Shown here piece after piece: positions 37,494 through 47,855 of a stretch of 64,000 nt of DNA. The DNA lies in contig JBMFIG010000002.1 in the NCBI GenBank assembly GCA_049976425.1, positions 32,001-96,000 of the forward strand. The letters run 5' to 3'. The notes under the pieces are model-generated. The model searched no databases. It was not told where the DNA came from and saw nothing but the letters and a program-made list of their open reading frames with translations. Source of the DNA: Thermoproteus sp. (GTDB lineage Archaea; Thermoproteota; Thermoprotei; Thermoproteales; Thermoproteaceae). The stretch's first letter is position 1. Every line of letters starts with the position of its first letter. The translations under genes were made by a program, and so were the position numbers.

Positions 37494-37994
37494 GGATTTC
37501 GCGAGCTGTTCCCTTAACTTCGGCACGTCTATACAGCCGATCTTCTGAGGAGCGCCTTCGAGGAGCTCGAGCGCCTCCTGTGCCAGAAGGACGAACTTGT
37601 CGGGCGCCCCCTCCTGCAACTTGACGAAGGCGGCAGACATCAAAATCAGGCCCTGTAGAGCCCTATCGCCGCTCCTACGCCAAGCCGGCTCTATCTCAGC
37701 ATGGGCTTCCCAGAACCGCTCGGAGTTGAATAGCTCAACGAATCTGCCTATATCGCCGCTACCCAACGAGTCCTCATCGGTTACGTCAATGACTGCGTAG
37801 ACGCGTCCTACGGCCCCCTCTATCTTACGTCTGGCCTCCTCGGCATCGATGCCGCGCACGAGGATCTCAAGGTGGCGCGAGGCTATCCTTACGTTTAATG
37901 CGGGGAGGATGCCCCTTAGATCGCGCAATAGTTGGGCCCTCTGAGAGGGCGCGAAGCCCGGGTTTTCAGCTATTATAAGATATCGATCTCCCAT
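37455..37994 (-). CDS. DUF309 domain protein
   Basis: FNSERFWEAHAEIEPAW...QGLI motif. Confidence 0.85.
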   Translation of the reverse strand: MGDRYLIIAENPGFAPSQRAQLLRDLRGILPALNVRIASRHLEILVRGIDAEEARRKIEGAVGRVYAVIDVTDEDSLGSGDIGRFVELFNSERFWEAHAEIEPAWRRSGDRALQGLILMSAAFVKLQEGAPDKFVLLAQEALELLEGAPQKIGCIDVPKLREQLAKSLVSRSPFAIACS

Positions 37995-38327
37995 TTATAT
38001 TTTAACAATGACCTTCTTCAAATCAAACTGAATATCAACGATAACTTTTAAATCACCATAACTCTGCTTAATGCGCCTCACGGCGGCAAGTGCTCTGTTT
38101 ATCCTCTCCAACAGTTCTGCGTTATCCGGAAGCTCGCCGCCTGTATAGAGCTCGACCCCCTCTGTCAACTTCAGCTCGACGCCGAACGCCTTGGCCAGCT
38201 CGACGAACTTGAGATATCTCTCCTCCATTGCGGTTAGATTCTCTCTCTTATTCCTGTAACGTTCGGCGTATTCCTTCAACGAAGCGAGGATGTTCTCGAG
38301 CTCGCTGAGGGTGAGGAAGAGCGACAT
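37995..38327 (-). CDS. Hypothetical coiled-coil protein
   Basis: 110 aa; stop abuts the DUF309 ATG. Confidence 0.7.
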   Translation of the reverse strand: MSLFLTLSELENILASLKEYAERYRNKRENLTAMEERYLKFVELAKAFGVELKLTEGVELYTGGELPDNAELLERINRALAAVRRIKQSYGDLKVIVDIQFDLKKVIVKI

Positions 38328-38758
38328 TATCCCTGCCCTCCGTAGTAGTACGCTATCTCCACGTTTCCCACACAGAACTTTATGTAGCCCGGCGTTATGT
38401 CGCGGCAGCCTAGCGTGTTGAGCTCCACCTCGGGCATTTTAAGGGGCTCAACAGGCCTCGCCTTGGGGAACGGCGGGATCACTTCGGGCAGATCCTCCGG
38501 CGTTATGTACGTGCCGGACGGCTCCACGACAATGGAATAGTCCCTTAGCCCCAGTTTGTCGGCCATGTTGCTGGCGGTCACTATGCGCTCCATCAGCTCG
38601 CCGACGGCTCCGTAGAGATGTCCGAGAGAGCCGAGCTGGATTAGGTAGCGCCCCACCTGCCTGCGCGCGAACACTATCGGCGTCGCCTCTATAGAAGACT
38701 GGACATCTCTTAAGGTCCATAATATTTGATCTATATTTCTAGAATTTATAATGATCAT
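38327..38758 (-). CDS. Hypothetical protein
   Basis: 143 aa; TAATG overlap with the next gene. Confidence 0.7.
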   Translation of the reverse strand: MIIINSRNIDQILWTLRDVQSSIEATPIVFARRQVGRYLIQLGSLGHLYGAVGELMERIVTASNMADKLGLRDYSIVVEPSGTYITPEDLPEVIPPFPKARPVEPLKMPEVELNTLGCRDITPGYIKFCVGNVEIAYYYGGQG

Positions 38759-38892
38759 AATATTATCCTAATTTTTTCATTATAAGGATCTATATATACT
38801 ACTTCGTTCTCGCCAAGCACCTCTATCAGTTTTTGCTTTATTGCGGGATCTATGTTGAGCGAGGAGACCCTTACCTTTTTCAGACTCTTCAT
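38755..38892 (-). CDS. 45-aa small protein absent from the ORF track
   Basis: MKSLKKVRVSSLNIDPAIKQKLIEVLGENEVVYIDPYNEKIRIIL*, with ATGA overlaps at both ends. Confidence 0.7.
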   Translation of the reverse strand: MKSLKKVRVSSLNIDPAIKQKLIEVLGENEVVYIDPYNEKIRIIL

Positions 38893-39098
38893 GGCACGAG
38901 CGTAATGGTGTTGCCCCGTAGTATGACGTATGTGCCGGTCGGCATGATCTCCAGAAGGTCGATGGGCAAGTCGGGCGCTCTAGGAGGCCATACGAAATCT
39001 ACGCCTTCTCCCCTTATCACGAGCGGCTCGGCCTTCTTCGTGCCCAATATCTGGAGCGCTTTCCGTAGCAGATCCAGCTGATCTGTATAAATTATCAT
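38889..39098 (-). CDS. Hypothetical 69-aa protein
   Basis: First gene after a TATA-like TTAATATATA; ATGA overlap with the 45-aa ORF. Confidence 0.65.
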   Translation of the reverse strand: MIIYTDQLDLLRKALQILGTKKAEPLVIRGEGVDFVWPPRAPDLPIDLLEIMPTGTYVILRGNTITLVP

Positions 39099-39138
39099 GG
39101 ATCCGTCTAAGGGCGATATATATTAATAGTTTGTCCCT

Positions 39139-40935
39139 CTATGCGTGGGGGCTCCCTCCATCGGCGATCCTATATACCAGATATTGGGCAGAGGGACATG
39201 CCTTGGAACAGATAAGGCATCCTATGCATCTATTCTCGTCGACCACGAAACGGCCATCGGAGTCCCTTCTGAGAGCCTTGGTGGGGCACCAGCTTATGCA
39301 CAGATCGCAATGTCCGCAGATAGAGGCGCGCACCACAAGCGCTGCCGCGTCCAGAGCCGCGCGGCCCTCGATCTTGGAGAAGTTGCCGGATAGCCTCACC
39401 TCGCCGTCCTTCCGCGTCACCCGTATTATGTCGCTCTCCCGGCGCACTTGGCCGAGCATCTTCAGCAACTGTAGCGCGGTGGCGGCGTCGGGATGGACGC
39501 CCGCCAGCTCCAGCCCTCTATCCGTTCGCCTAATCCTCACGGGGTATTCCGCCTTGACGGACAGCTTGACGAATCTCCTGAGATCGCCCGGAATAGCCTT
39601 CCTCCAGCGCCACAGCCCGTATCTGAGATAGGCCTCGTCTTTGTAATGCTCCAAGATCTTCTCCTCAAGCCTCTCGTAGATGCCCGGGTAGCTTATACGC
39701 ACCAGCTCTAGCTCGGCCATTTCGTTGGCGGGGCAGACAACGCAACCAAGCCTGTCGAATCCCCTCTCGTAGGCCTTGTTGTAGGGGAGGTCGTGGAGGA
39801 AGATATAGCCCCAGATCTCCAGCGCTATCCAGTCCTGGAGGGGGGCCACCACTATGGTCCTAGCCACCCAGCGGCTTGAGGAGATCTTGCCGAGCTTGGC
39901 CCTCTGGAAGGACTCCGCCGCCCTCTGGCCGACCACGGATATAATGCCTTGCGGGAAGCGCTCGGCCACCGCCTTGGTTATAGGCGCCAGTTTTATCACC
40001 TTGCAACACCATCGGTAGTCGCGGGCCGGCGGGCCGAACTCGTCCAGCGCCTTCCAGAACCTGTCGCCCGCCGAGGCCACTATCAGCTCCGCCTTATACC
40101 TCTCGACTACCTCCTTCACGTTGTCGTACGTCTCCGGGGCTTCCAAGCCCGTGTCGTTGAACAGTATGGCGTAGGGGTGGCCGGTCCTGGCCACTAGGTC
40201 TAAGGCCACCAAGCTGTCCTTCCCGCCCGAGTAGGAGACCACCACGGGGAGCTTATACTGCGAGAAGACCCTCGAGAGGAACTCGATCGCCTCCTCGGCC
40301 TTCCTCTCTATGTGGGCGCGGTTCAGCTCGGCGAACAGCCTCATATCGCTAGGCCTCCCCTCTGGCAACCTCGGCCTAGCCCTCCACGACTTCACTACGT
40401 GGAGCCGCGCGCCTCTGAAAAGCTTCGCGACGCCGTGTATCTTCCCGTCCTTGGTCGAGATGGCGACGTGCGTATAGCGGCGCTCGGGGAGAGAGCCCTC
40501 GACCACGCGGTCTCTATGTATGTCGTAGCCGACGGGGAGATCTTGGAGATCGACGATTGCCCACCACCCCCGTCTTCTAGCCAAGATCTCGCTGACCCCC
40601 TCATAGAGAGGGCGGAACCTCCACCGTCCCTCCACGACATCGTAGAACCTGTGGCCTATGATCCTCCCCCTGACTATGACCTCGTCGGCTTGATCCGCGT
40701 AGCCCGGGATCTTGTTGAGGAGGACCACCTCGCCGCTGGGCACTAAATCTCTCAGAGAGGCGTCGCCGAGCTCGTACTCCACGGCCCCCCTCACGATCTC
40801 TAGATCGGCCTCGAACGCAGGCCTGACGTCGCCCGGCTCGGTGACGTAGACAGGGCGTATATTGTTGCATCTATCGGCTACGTCGTGGGGATCCAGCACG
40901 GGCACGTTCAGCTCCTCGCACCAATAGATGCGCAC
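39139..40935 (-). CDS. PAPS-reductase-family (PP-loop) protein with C-terminal 4Fe-4S dicluster domain
   Basis: SYSGGKDS, DTG, RWCC...K, RAAES..R, RLGCVVCP, CGHCDLC...CP and CIGCLIC...CP motifs. Confidence 0.9.
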   Translation of the reverse strand: MRIYWCEELNVPVLDPHDVADRCNNIRPVYVTEPGDVRPAFEADLEIVRGAVEYELGDASLRDLVPSGEVVLLNKIPGYADQADEVIVRGRIIGHRFYDVVEGRWRFRPLYEGVSEILARRRGWWAIVDLQDLPVGYDIHRDRVVEGSLPERRYTHVAISTKDGKIHGVAKLFRGARLHVVKSWRARPRLPEGRPSDMRLFAELNRAHIERKAEEAIEFLSRVFSQYKLPVVVSYSGGKDSLVALDLVARTGHPYAILFNDTGLEAPETYDNVKEVVERYKAELIVASAGDRFWKALDEFGPPARDYRWCCKVIKLAPITKAVAERFPQGIISVVGQRAAESFQRAKLGKISSSRWVARTIVVAPLQDWIALEIWGYIFLHDLPYNKAYERGFDRLGCVVCPANEMAELELVRISYPGIYERLEEKILEHYKDEAYLRYGLWRWRKAIPGDLRRFVKLSVKAEYPVRIRRTDRGLELAGVHPDAATALQLLKMLGQVRRESDIIRVTRKDGEVRLSGNFSKIEGRAALDAAALVVRASICGHCDLCISWCPTKALRRDSDGRFVVDENRCIGCLICSKACPSAQYLVYRIADGGSPHA

Positions 40936-40977
40936 AGGTATTACGATTTCTATTTAAATAGGGCCGTTAGCACCTCC

Positions 40978-41667
40978 ATGCGCGCCTTGATTTTGGCTGG
41001 GGGTTTTGGTAAGAGGCTTTATCCGTTGACTAGCGAGGTGCCGAAGCCTCTTCTGTCTGTTGCGGGGAAGCCTATTCTCGTGAGGCAGATCGAGTGGCTT
41101 AGGGGGCAGGGCTTCCGGGATTTCGTCCTCGCGGTTGGGTATCTACGCCATAAGGTCTTCGAGGCTTTGGGCGACGGGAGGAGGCTGGGCGTGAGGATAT
41201 TCTACAGCGTTGAGGAGGAGCCTCTCGGCACAGCCGGCGCGATCAAGAACGCCGCGCCGTTTCTAGACGACGACGTCTTCGTGGCGACTAACGGCGACGT
41301 GGTGACGGACATCCCCGTCAAGCCTCTCCTAGACGCCCTATCCGACGCAGACGCCGCGATCGCCCTCGTCCCTCTGAGAAGCCCCTACGGCGTGGTCGAG
41401 GTAGACGGAGACGGCTACGTCTCGGCCTTCAGGGAAAAGCCCGTCTTGGAAGGCTACCTCATAAACGCAGGCGTCTACGCCATGAGGAGGGAGGTTTTGG
41501 AGTTGTTGCCCGAGAAGGGCAATATCGAGGAGACCACATTCCCGCAACTGGCCAAGAAGAGAAGGCTGAAGGCCGTGGTGTATAGAGACGCCTTCTGGAG
41601 ATCTATAGACACCGTGAAAGACCTGGAAGAGGTCGAGAGGATATTAGGCGGCGATGGAAAGCCTTGA
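40978..41667 (+). CDS. Sugar-phosphate nucleotidyltransferase
   Basis: [13 protein letters not shown]...PKPLL, LGTAG, NGD, EKP and INAGVY motifs. Confidence 0.92.
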   Translation: MRALILAGGFGKRLYPLTSEVPKPLLSVAGKPILVRQIEWLRGQGFRDFVLAVGYLRHKVFEALGDGRRLGVRIFYSVEEEPLGTAGAIKNAAPFLDDDVFVATNGDVVTDIPVKPLLDALSDADAAIALVPLRSPYGVVEVDGDGYVSAFREKPVLEGYLINAGVYAMRREVLELLPEKGNIEETTFPQLAKKRRLKAVVYRDAFWRSIDTVKDLEEVERILGGDGKP

Positions 41668-43384
41668 GGACGTAGTCCTCAAATACGCCCTCCTAAACGC
41701 GGTCAAGTACGGAGGACGTGCCGAGCCTAAGGCGGTTATGTCCAAGATTATGGCCGAGCGGCCGGATTTGAGGTCAAGGGCGCGGGAGATCAAGGCGCTT
41801 GTGGATTCCGTGGTCGAGAAGGTGAACTCCATGGGCCTCGAGGAGCAGAGGGCGTTGCTGGCGTCCAGATGGCCGGAGGCCCTCGAGGAAAGGAAGGAGA
41901 AGGCGGAGAAGAGGCCGAGCGTCGAGGCTCTGCCGCCTCTGCCGGAGGTGGATCAGTCCAAGGGGGTCGTAGTAAGGTTCGCCCCAAACCCCGACTTCGT
42001 GCTCCACCTAGGTAGCGCGCGGCCCGCCGTACTGAACTACGCCTACAAGCTCAAGTACGGGGGGAGGTTCGTCCTCCGTTTCGAGGACACGGATCCCAGG
42101 ATAAAGAAGCCGTTGGTGACCGACGAGGTGAACGCCTACGAGGCCATAAGGGAGGATCTGAGGTGGCTTGGCGTCAAGTGGGACGAGGAGTACATCCAGT
42201 CGTCTAGGATGGAGATCTACTACGAACACGCCAGGAGGCTGATAGAGCTCGGCGGCGCCTACGTCGATCTGTGTAAGCCGGAGGAGTGGCGCAGACTCAG
42301 AAACGCGGGCAAGGCTTGCCCGCATAGAGACGCGTCGGTTGAGGACAATCTGGAGCTGTGGGATAGGATGCTCCGCGGCGACTTCGGAGAAGGCGAGGCG
42401 GTTCTGAGGGTAAAGACCGACCTAGCGCATCCTGATCCCAGCGTGAGGGACTGGGTGGCCTTCAGGATAATAGACACGGACAAGACCCCCCATCCTCTTG
42501 TGGGGTCCAAGTATAGGGTATGGCCCACCTACAACTTCGCCGTGTCTGTAGACGACCACTTGATGGGCATCACCCACGTGTTGAGGGCGCAGGAACACAG
42601 CGTGAACACAGTCAAACAGTCGTTTTTGTTCAAGCACTTCGGCTGGAGGCAGCCTGTCACTATACACTTCGGGAGGCTTAAGATAGAGGGCGGCTCCTTG
42701 AGCAAATCAAAGCTCAAGGCCTTGAGAGTGAGGTTCGACGACATAAGCATGCCGACGCTCTCGGGCTTGAGGAACCGGGGAATACTCCCGGAGGCCATAT
42801 GGGAGCTGATACTGAGCGTCGGCATAAAGCCGTCCGACTCCACGGTCTCCATGGCGAATCTCCTCGCAATAAACAGGAAGATCCTCGACCCCATCGCGGA
42901 TAGGTATATGTTTGTGCCGGATCCGGTGCGGCTATCGTTGGATCTCCCCGCGAAATTCGCCGTGAGGCTTCCCCAACATCCCAGCTTCCCCGAGCGCGGC
43001 CACCGCGTCTACGAGCTGGGGCCCGGGCGCGTGGCCGTCTACATATCCAGAAGGGATGCGGAGCAGGGCGAGTTCAGGCTGATGGAGTTCGTCAACGTCT
43101 CCGCCCGAAAAGTCGGCGAGGACGAATACGTAGGCGAGGTGGTGGGCACCACTATCGATGAAGCGCGCAAGCGGAAGATGCCCATAATACAGTGGGTGCC
43201 CGACGGATCGCCTGAGGTCGTCGTGGTCAAGCCAGTGGCGGTGGGCAAGAAAGTGGAGGAGCGCGGCTTCGTGGAGGCCAAGGCGCTGGAGCTCGGGGAG
43301 GGCTCGGCGGTGCAGTTCGTGCGCTACGGCTTCGTCAAGCTGGCGTCCAGGAAGGATAGGTTGTTCACCTACATACACGAATGA
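41654..43384 (+). CDS. gltX: Glutamyl-tRNA synthetase (archaeal type)
   Basis: RFAPNP...HLGS, RFEDTDP, WPTYNF, THVLR and LSKS motifs. Confidence 0.96.
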   Translation: MESLEDVVLKYALLNAVKYGGRAEPKAVMSKIMAERPDLRSRAREIKALVDSVVEKVNSMGLEEQRALLASRWPEALEERKEKAEKRPSVEALPPLPEVDQSKGVVVRFAPNPDFVLHLGSARPAVLNYAYKLKYGGRFVLRFEDTDPRIKKPLVTDEVNAYEAIREDLRWLGVKWDEEYIQSSRMEIYYEHARRLIELGGAYVDLCKPEEWRRLRNAGKACPHRDASVEDNLELWDRMLRGDFGEGEAVLRVKTDLAHPDPSVRDWVAFRIIDTDKTPHPLVGSKYRVWPTYNFAVSVDDHLMGITHVLRAQEHSVNTVKQSFLFKHFGWRQPVTIHFGRLKIEGGSLSKSKLKALRVRFDDISMPTLSGLRNRGILPEAIWELILSVGIKPSDSTVSMANLLAINRKILDPIADRYMFVPDPVRLSLDLPAKFAVRLPQHPSFPERGHRVYELGPGRVAVYISRRDAEQGEFRLMEFVNVSARKVGEDEYVGEVVGTTIDEARKRKMPIIQWVPDGSPEVVVVKPVAVGKKVEERGFVEAKALELGEGSAVQFVRYGFVKLASRKDRLFTYIHE

Positions 43385-44355
43385 GGCTCCTCTTCGACGC
43401 ACTCACCCCTAAACAAGCCAGGATAGCGTCTCTGTTGAGGCTTGAGGGAGGGCTCGATCTGGCCATCACCTGCAGGGAGTACTACCACGTCAAGGATATG
43501 CTCGACCGATACGCCGTGGAGTATAGATGTATAGGCAAATACGGCGAGACTCCGTACGAGAAGCTGGTCGAGGGACTACGGCGCCAGCTAGAGCTCGCGG
43601 AGCTGGTGAAGGGGCTCGACGGCGTCTTGTCGTTCCCGAGCCCGGACGCGGTGAGGGTGGCCTTCGGCCTAGGCAAGAAGTCGGTGGTGCTCAACGACAC
43701 CCCACACGCCTATCACGCCAACAGCTTGACGATACCTCTATCCGAGTACTTGATAGCCCCCGCCGCGATACCCGAGGACGCGTGGAGGCCCTACTGCCCC
43801 AAACGCGTCGCGACCTTCGACGGCCTCTTCGAGTACATGTGGGTCTCTCGCCATCGCCCCAACATAGAGACGGTCAGAGGGCTGGGGCTGGAGCCGGGGC
43901 GTTACGTGGTCTTCAGACCGGAGGAGGCAAAGGCCGCCTATTACAGATGGAACAACGCAGAGTTGAGGCGCAAGCTCGTGGACCTGGTCAGAGAGTTGGG
44001 GTACACGGTGGTCAACGTGCCCAGATACGACGACCAGATAATCGAGGGCGCAATTAATTTAACCAAGGCAGTCGACCATCTAGATCTCGCCTACTACGCG
44101 GCGGCCGTGATCACCGGAGGCATGACCATGGCGACTGAGGCGGCCTTGCTGGGGACGCCGGCTCTGTCCTATTTTCCCGAAACCCTCTACGTCGATACGT
44201 ACCTCAAGGACAAAGGCGCCCCCCTGCACAGGTGCAGAGATGTCGACGGATGCGCGGCGGAGCTGAAGAAGGCCCTGGACGAGGGTAGAAAGCCGGCGGT
44301 GAGGCTCGAGGATCCCATAAAGCTAATAGTCGACATCGCGCATGCCGTGTTTTAA
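43381..44355 (+). CDS. DUF354 family protein (glycosyltransferase-like)
   Basis: [22 protein letters not shown] and [12 protein letters not shown] motifs. Confidence 0.88.
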   Translation: MRLLFDALTPKQARIASLLRLEGGLDLAITCREYYHVKDMLDRYAVEYRCIGKYGETPYEKLVEGLRRQLELAELVKGLDGVLSFPSPDAVRVAFGLGKKSVVLNDTPHAYHANSLTIPLSEYLIAPAAIPEDAWRPYCPKRVATFDGLFEYMWVSRHRPNIETVRGLGLEPGRYVVFRPEEAKAAYYRWNNAELRRKLVDLVRELGYTVVNVPRYDDQIIEGAINLTKAVDHLDLAYYAAAVITGGMTMATEAALLGTPALSYFPETLYVDTYLKDKGAPLHRCRDVDGCAAELKKALDEGRKPAVRLEDPIKLIVDIAHAVF

Positions 44356-44414
44356 AAGCTCCTTATGCCTATATTGAAGCTCAAGCTTTATATGTCCCAA
44401 GCATCTAACAGTCG

Positions 44415-44795
44415 ATGGGCGTGCGGTCTGTGGCTCTTCTGAGAGTCGGCAAGGATTTCGGCGTTGTTATGTTGGAGATGAAGGTGGTGGGGCTGAGAGA
44501 GCTCGACGAGGAGCCCAGAGACGTCGTTGGGGATATGCTCGAGATAGAGAAGGAGGTGCTCCGCATTATGCCCGAGCTGTCGTCCATGTCGCATTCCGAC
44601 GCCGTGGTGGAGGACGGAGGCAGGAGGTTCTACGTGGCCAGGTTCTACCTCAACAATGCCAGAGTTGAGTACGTCCTCCTCATATCGCCTAAGAACAGCT
44701 TGAGGGGCTTGATCCGCAAGTTCGTGGAGCAGGGGTGGTCCGTTAAATTCCTCGTCGAGAAGAAGACCGCCGCAAAGAAGCCCTATTGGAGATAG
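44415..44795 (+). CDS. Hypothetical protein
   Basis: 126 aa with TTTATAT upstream and typical codon usage. Confidence 0.65.
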   Translation: MGVRSVALLRVGKDFGVVMLEMKVVGLRELDEEPRDVVGDMLEIEKEVLRIMPELSSMSHSDAVVEDGGRRFYVARFYLNNARVEYVLLISPKNSLRGLIRKFVEQGWSVKFLVEKKTAAKKPYWR

Positions 44796-45336
44796 ACTCA
44801 AGACGCTCCAGAAATCCGCTCTTCAGCGAATAGGCAAGCCAGTCGACTTCCTCGTCGATGCATGCGCCATTTCTGAGACAGTTGACAACTGCCTCGGCCG
44901 TCTGTAGGCTGGATCTGTTGGTCACGTCTATCTGGTATATATCTCCCCATTTGCCCCTCGCCTCGACGTATATGTAGTCGAGGAGTTCAGCCCAGACGTT
45001 GTCTAGGATCTTGTGGAGGGGCCACCTCCTGTCTGCAAGATCCTTGAAGAGCACGTCAGGCCTCTTCCTGAGGACGAAGACCCGGTCTACGTCATCCACG
45101 ATATCCAACACGTGCGTATCCAGTATGTAGTCGCCCGTTAGCTCCTTCGCGAGCTCCTCGCGGGCGGCCTCCACATCAACTATATCATAGGTCAAGGAAT
45201 GCGGATCCCAAGACGTAAACGGCTTGCCCGCGAGCACCGCGGCGGCCTCGACGCATTTGACGCGCAGTACTTGGGCTACAGCTCTGCAGACTGTGGTCTT
45301 CCCGACCCCAGGGGTGCCGGTGATGAGGACCCTCAA
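44743..45336 (-). CDS. Adenylate kinase, AK6/Fap7 type
   Basis: ITGTPGVGKTT, DTH, R.W...KI.DN..AE and VDW motifs; probable TTG start directly after asnS. Confidence 0.88.
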   Translation of the reverse strand: MRVLITGTPGVGKTTVCRAVAQVLRVKCVEAAAVLAGKPFTSWDPHSLTYDIVDVEAAREELAKELTGDYILDTHVLDIVDDVDRVFVLRKRPDVLFKDLADRRWPLHKILDNVWAELLDYIYVEARGKWGDIYQIDVTNRSSLQTAEAVVNCLRNGACIDEEVDWLAYSLKSGFLERLESISNRASLRRSSSRRGI

Positions 45337-45338
45337 GC

Positions 45339-46634
45339 TTAAGGATACTTCCTCCTTATATCTCTCGGAAACGGCACGGCGTCCCTTATGTGGTCGAGCC
45401 CAGCTATCCACATGACGACCCTATCGACGCCCAGCCCGAAGCCCGAGTGGGGGACGGAGCCGTAGCGCCTGAGGTCGATATACCACTGATAGTCCTTGGG
45501 GTTGAGCCCGAAACGCTCTATCTTGGACACGAGCTCCTTCTCGTCGTATATCCTCTCGCCGCCGCCTATAATCTCGCCGTACCCCTCGGGGGCCAACACA
45601 TCGACGCTTAAAGTGACCTCGGGCCTCTGGGGATCGTTTCTGTGGTAGAAGGCCTTGACCTTCTCCGGAAATCCGTAGAGCTGTATGGGCCTATCGAACT
45701 GAAGAGTCAGTATACGCTCTTCGTCCGCGCCTAGGTCGTCCCCCCACTTTATGTCGACGCCCTTGGCCTTTAGTATATCCACGGCCTCGTCGTACGACAC
45801 CCTATGGAACGGAGGCTTGACCGCCTCCAGAGGCTCCGTCTTCCTGCCCAACAACTTCAGCTCATCGAGCCTCTCCTCCAGCACCTTGGAGACTATATAG
45901 GATATCAGCTCCTCGTTGACCTTCATGAGGTCGTCGAGGTGGTACCAAGCCATCTCGGCCTCTGCATGCCAGAACTCGGTCAGATGTCTCCTGGTACGCG
46001 ACGGCTCGGCTCTGAAGCTCGGCGCGATGGTATAGACCTTCTCCAGGCTGAATATAAAGGCCTCTAGATAGAACTGCGAGCTCTGGGTCAGATACACGAA
46101 GTCGTCGAAGTAGGGCACCTTGAAGAGGGTAGCGCCGCCCTCGACAGCGGCGGTTATGAACATGGGCCCCTGCACCTCGTAGTAGCCCCGCGACCTGAAG
46201 TACTCGTGTATGGCTCCGAACACCGTGTGGCGTATCTTCAAGACGGCCTGCATTTTCCGGCTCCTCAGCCAGAGGTGTCTGACGTCGAGGAGGTACTCGC
46301 TGTCGGCTTGCGCCGCGTCCTCGTTTATGGGGTAGGGCGCGCCCTCGTAGTACCAGTCGACCGACTGGACGTGTAGCTCCTTGCCGCCAGGCGCCCTCGG
46401 CTCGTCCTTGATCAAGCCCGTGGCGACCAGCGACGACTCCAAGTTCAGCCTCTGTGCTACGTTGAAGGCCTCGGTGCCCCGCGCGAACACTAGCTGGAGA
46501 ATGCCGGTGGAATCTCTGAGCACTATGAAGATCTTATCTTTCAACTCCCTTTTCCTGTACACCCACCCTCTCACGGTCACCGTGCCGGAGGATTTAAAGG
46601 CCTCCGCTATACTCACAGCGCGTCTATAGGCCAT
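45339..46634 (-). CDS. asnS: Asparaginyl-tRNA synthetase
   Basis: VRGWV, RHLWLR, EGG, LTQSSQFYLE, FRAE.SRTRRHLTEF and YGSVPHSGFGLG motifs. Confidence 0.92.
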   Translation of the reverse strand: MAYRRAVSIAEAFKSSGTVTVRGWVYRKRELKDKIFIVLRDSTGILQLVFARGTEAFNVAQRLNLESSLVATGLIKDEPRAPGGKELHVQSVDWYYEGAPYPINEDAAQADSEYLLDVRHLWLRSRKMQAVLKIRHTVFGAIHEYFRSRGYYEVQGPMFITAAVEGGATLFKVPYFDDFVYLTQSSQFYLEAFIFSLEKVYTIAPSFRAEPSRTRRHLTEFWHAEAEMAWYHLDDLMKVNEELISYIVSKVLEERLDELKLLGRKTEPLEAVKPPFHRVSYDEAVDILKAKGVDIKWGDDLGADEERILTLQFDRPIQLYGFPEKVKAFYHRNDPQRPEVTLSVDVLAPEGYGEIIGGGERIYDEKELVSKIERFGLNPKDYQWYIDLRRYGSVPHSGFGLGVDRVVMWIAGLDHIRDAVPFPRDIRRKYP

Positions 46635-46635
46635 A

Positions 46636-46902
46636 TTACCTCTGTTGAGGAGCCTCCTTGTAGACGCCCACGATAACTCCGTCAGGGCAGTCGTCGGCCT
46701 TTAGACCGACGTAGTCGCCATCCCTATATTCCCTAGTCTTCTCGCTACCGTCGCCGCACTTCACCACAGTGACCATACGGCCCTCCCGCGGCCCGCCCCC
46801 CGCATCTATACGCTCGCTGGATCTCATGAATAGATACACCATCACGCCCAGTACCACGACAGCGGTTACGAACATGGCAATTAAGCCGTAGTCTATCGGC
46901 AT
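46636..46902 (-). CDS. Small hypothetical membrane protein
   Basis: N-terminal TM helix and REYRDGDYVG motif; abuts asnS. Confidence 0.7.
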   Translation of the reverse strand: MPIDYGLIAMFVTAVVVLGVMVYLFMRSSERIDAGGGPREGRMVTVVKCGDGSEKTREYRDGDYVGLKADDCPDGVIVGVYKEAPQQR

Positions 46903-47009
46903 AGAGTCCTAGAGATCCTAGTATTTAAGCTGAATTCTGCACGCAATACGTTATATGTGTAATTAAAATATTTTGATAATATATAAATTTAAATTCATTT
47001 ATAAATAAT

Positions 47010-47819
47010 CTATTTCCTAGACTCTAAAATACCAGCTTTTATATAATAAGCATCTCCATACCCCAGCACCTCGAGCATCTCGTATAGAGATCTCACCGCG
47101 GAGAGCACTATAGTGCTGGATCTGCCCGCGGCGGCCGCCGTAGCGTATCTCACGTCCTTGCCCGCATGTTTTAGAGCGAAGGTGCCGGGCTCGTCGGAGT
47201 ACATCCTGTCTATATACACCGAGCCTATGTCCTTGAAAACGGTCTGTTGCAGCAGCTCCTTGAACTGGCTCGGCGGTATTCCGTGGGCGGCGGCCAGCGA
47301 GGCGGCCTCGCCTAGAACGGCCACTGTGCCTATTAGTAGGGAGTTGTAGGCCAGCTTAAGCACGACGGCCTTCTCGAACTCGCCGACGTACATGACCTTG
47401 CCCAACTCGGCGAACAGCTTCGAATACCTCCCGTATACCTCCGCGTCGCCTCCTATTATGTATATGGCGTCGCCCCGCTCCACGTTTCCGGGCCCTCCAA
47501 CCACGGGGGCCGCCATGACCTTAATCCCCCTGGCGGCAAGAGCTTTACGTGCCGCGTCGGCGCCCGCGAGGGAATATGTGCCCATCAACGCGACGGCATC
47601 GCCTCCGACCTCGCTCACCAACGATAGGAGGGCCTCGTCGTCTGCGACGAACACGGCGGCAAGTCCCCGGGCCTCCGACGGGCTCGATATAGGCGTGGCG
47701 GGGAGCCCCTCTAGCCTTCTACGCGTCCTGTTCCAGGCGTAGACCTTATGGCCTAATTGGGCCGCCCTTTTGACGAAGGCGGCCCCCATCCTTCCCGTGC
47801 CGATCACCGTCACCTCCAT
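47010..47819 (-). CDS. NAD(P)-dependent oxidoreductase, 3-hydroxyisobutyrate dehydrogenase family
   Basis: IGTGRMG, WNRT, APVVGG, KLAYN and KD motifs. Confidence 0.9.
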   Translation of the reverse strand: MEVTVIGTGRMGAAFVKRAAQLGHKVYAWNRTRRRLEGLPATPISSPSEARGLAAVFVADDEALLSLVSEVGGDAVALMGTYSLAGADAARKALAARGIKVMAAPVVGGPGNVERGDAIYIIGGDAEVYGRYSKLFAELGKVMYVGEFEKAVVLKLAYNSLLIGTVAVLGEAASLAAAHGIPPSQFKELLQQTVFKDIGSVYIDRMYSDEPGTFALKHAGKDVRYATAAAAGRSSTIVLSAVRSLYEMLEVLGYGDAYYIKAGILESRK

Positions 47820-47855
47820 GCAAGGCTTTTAACTAGGCGTAATATCTGTTTCGCC

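Noticed and set aside
45339-46634. Aspartyl-tRNA synthetase call
   Set aside because: RHLWLR, SRTRRHL and YGSVPHSGFG fit AsnRS better.
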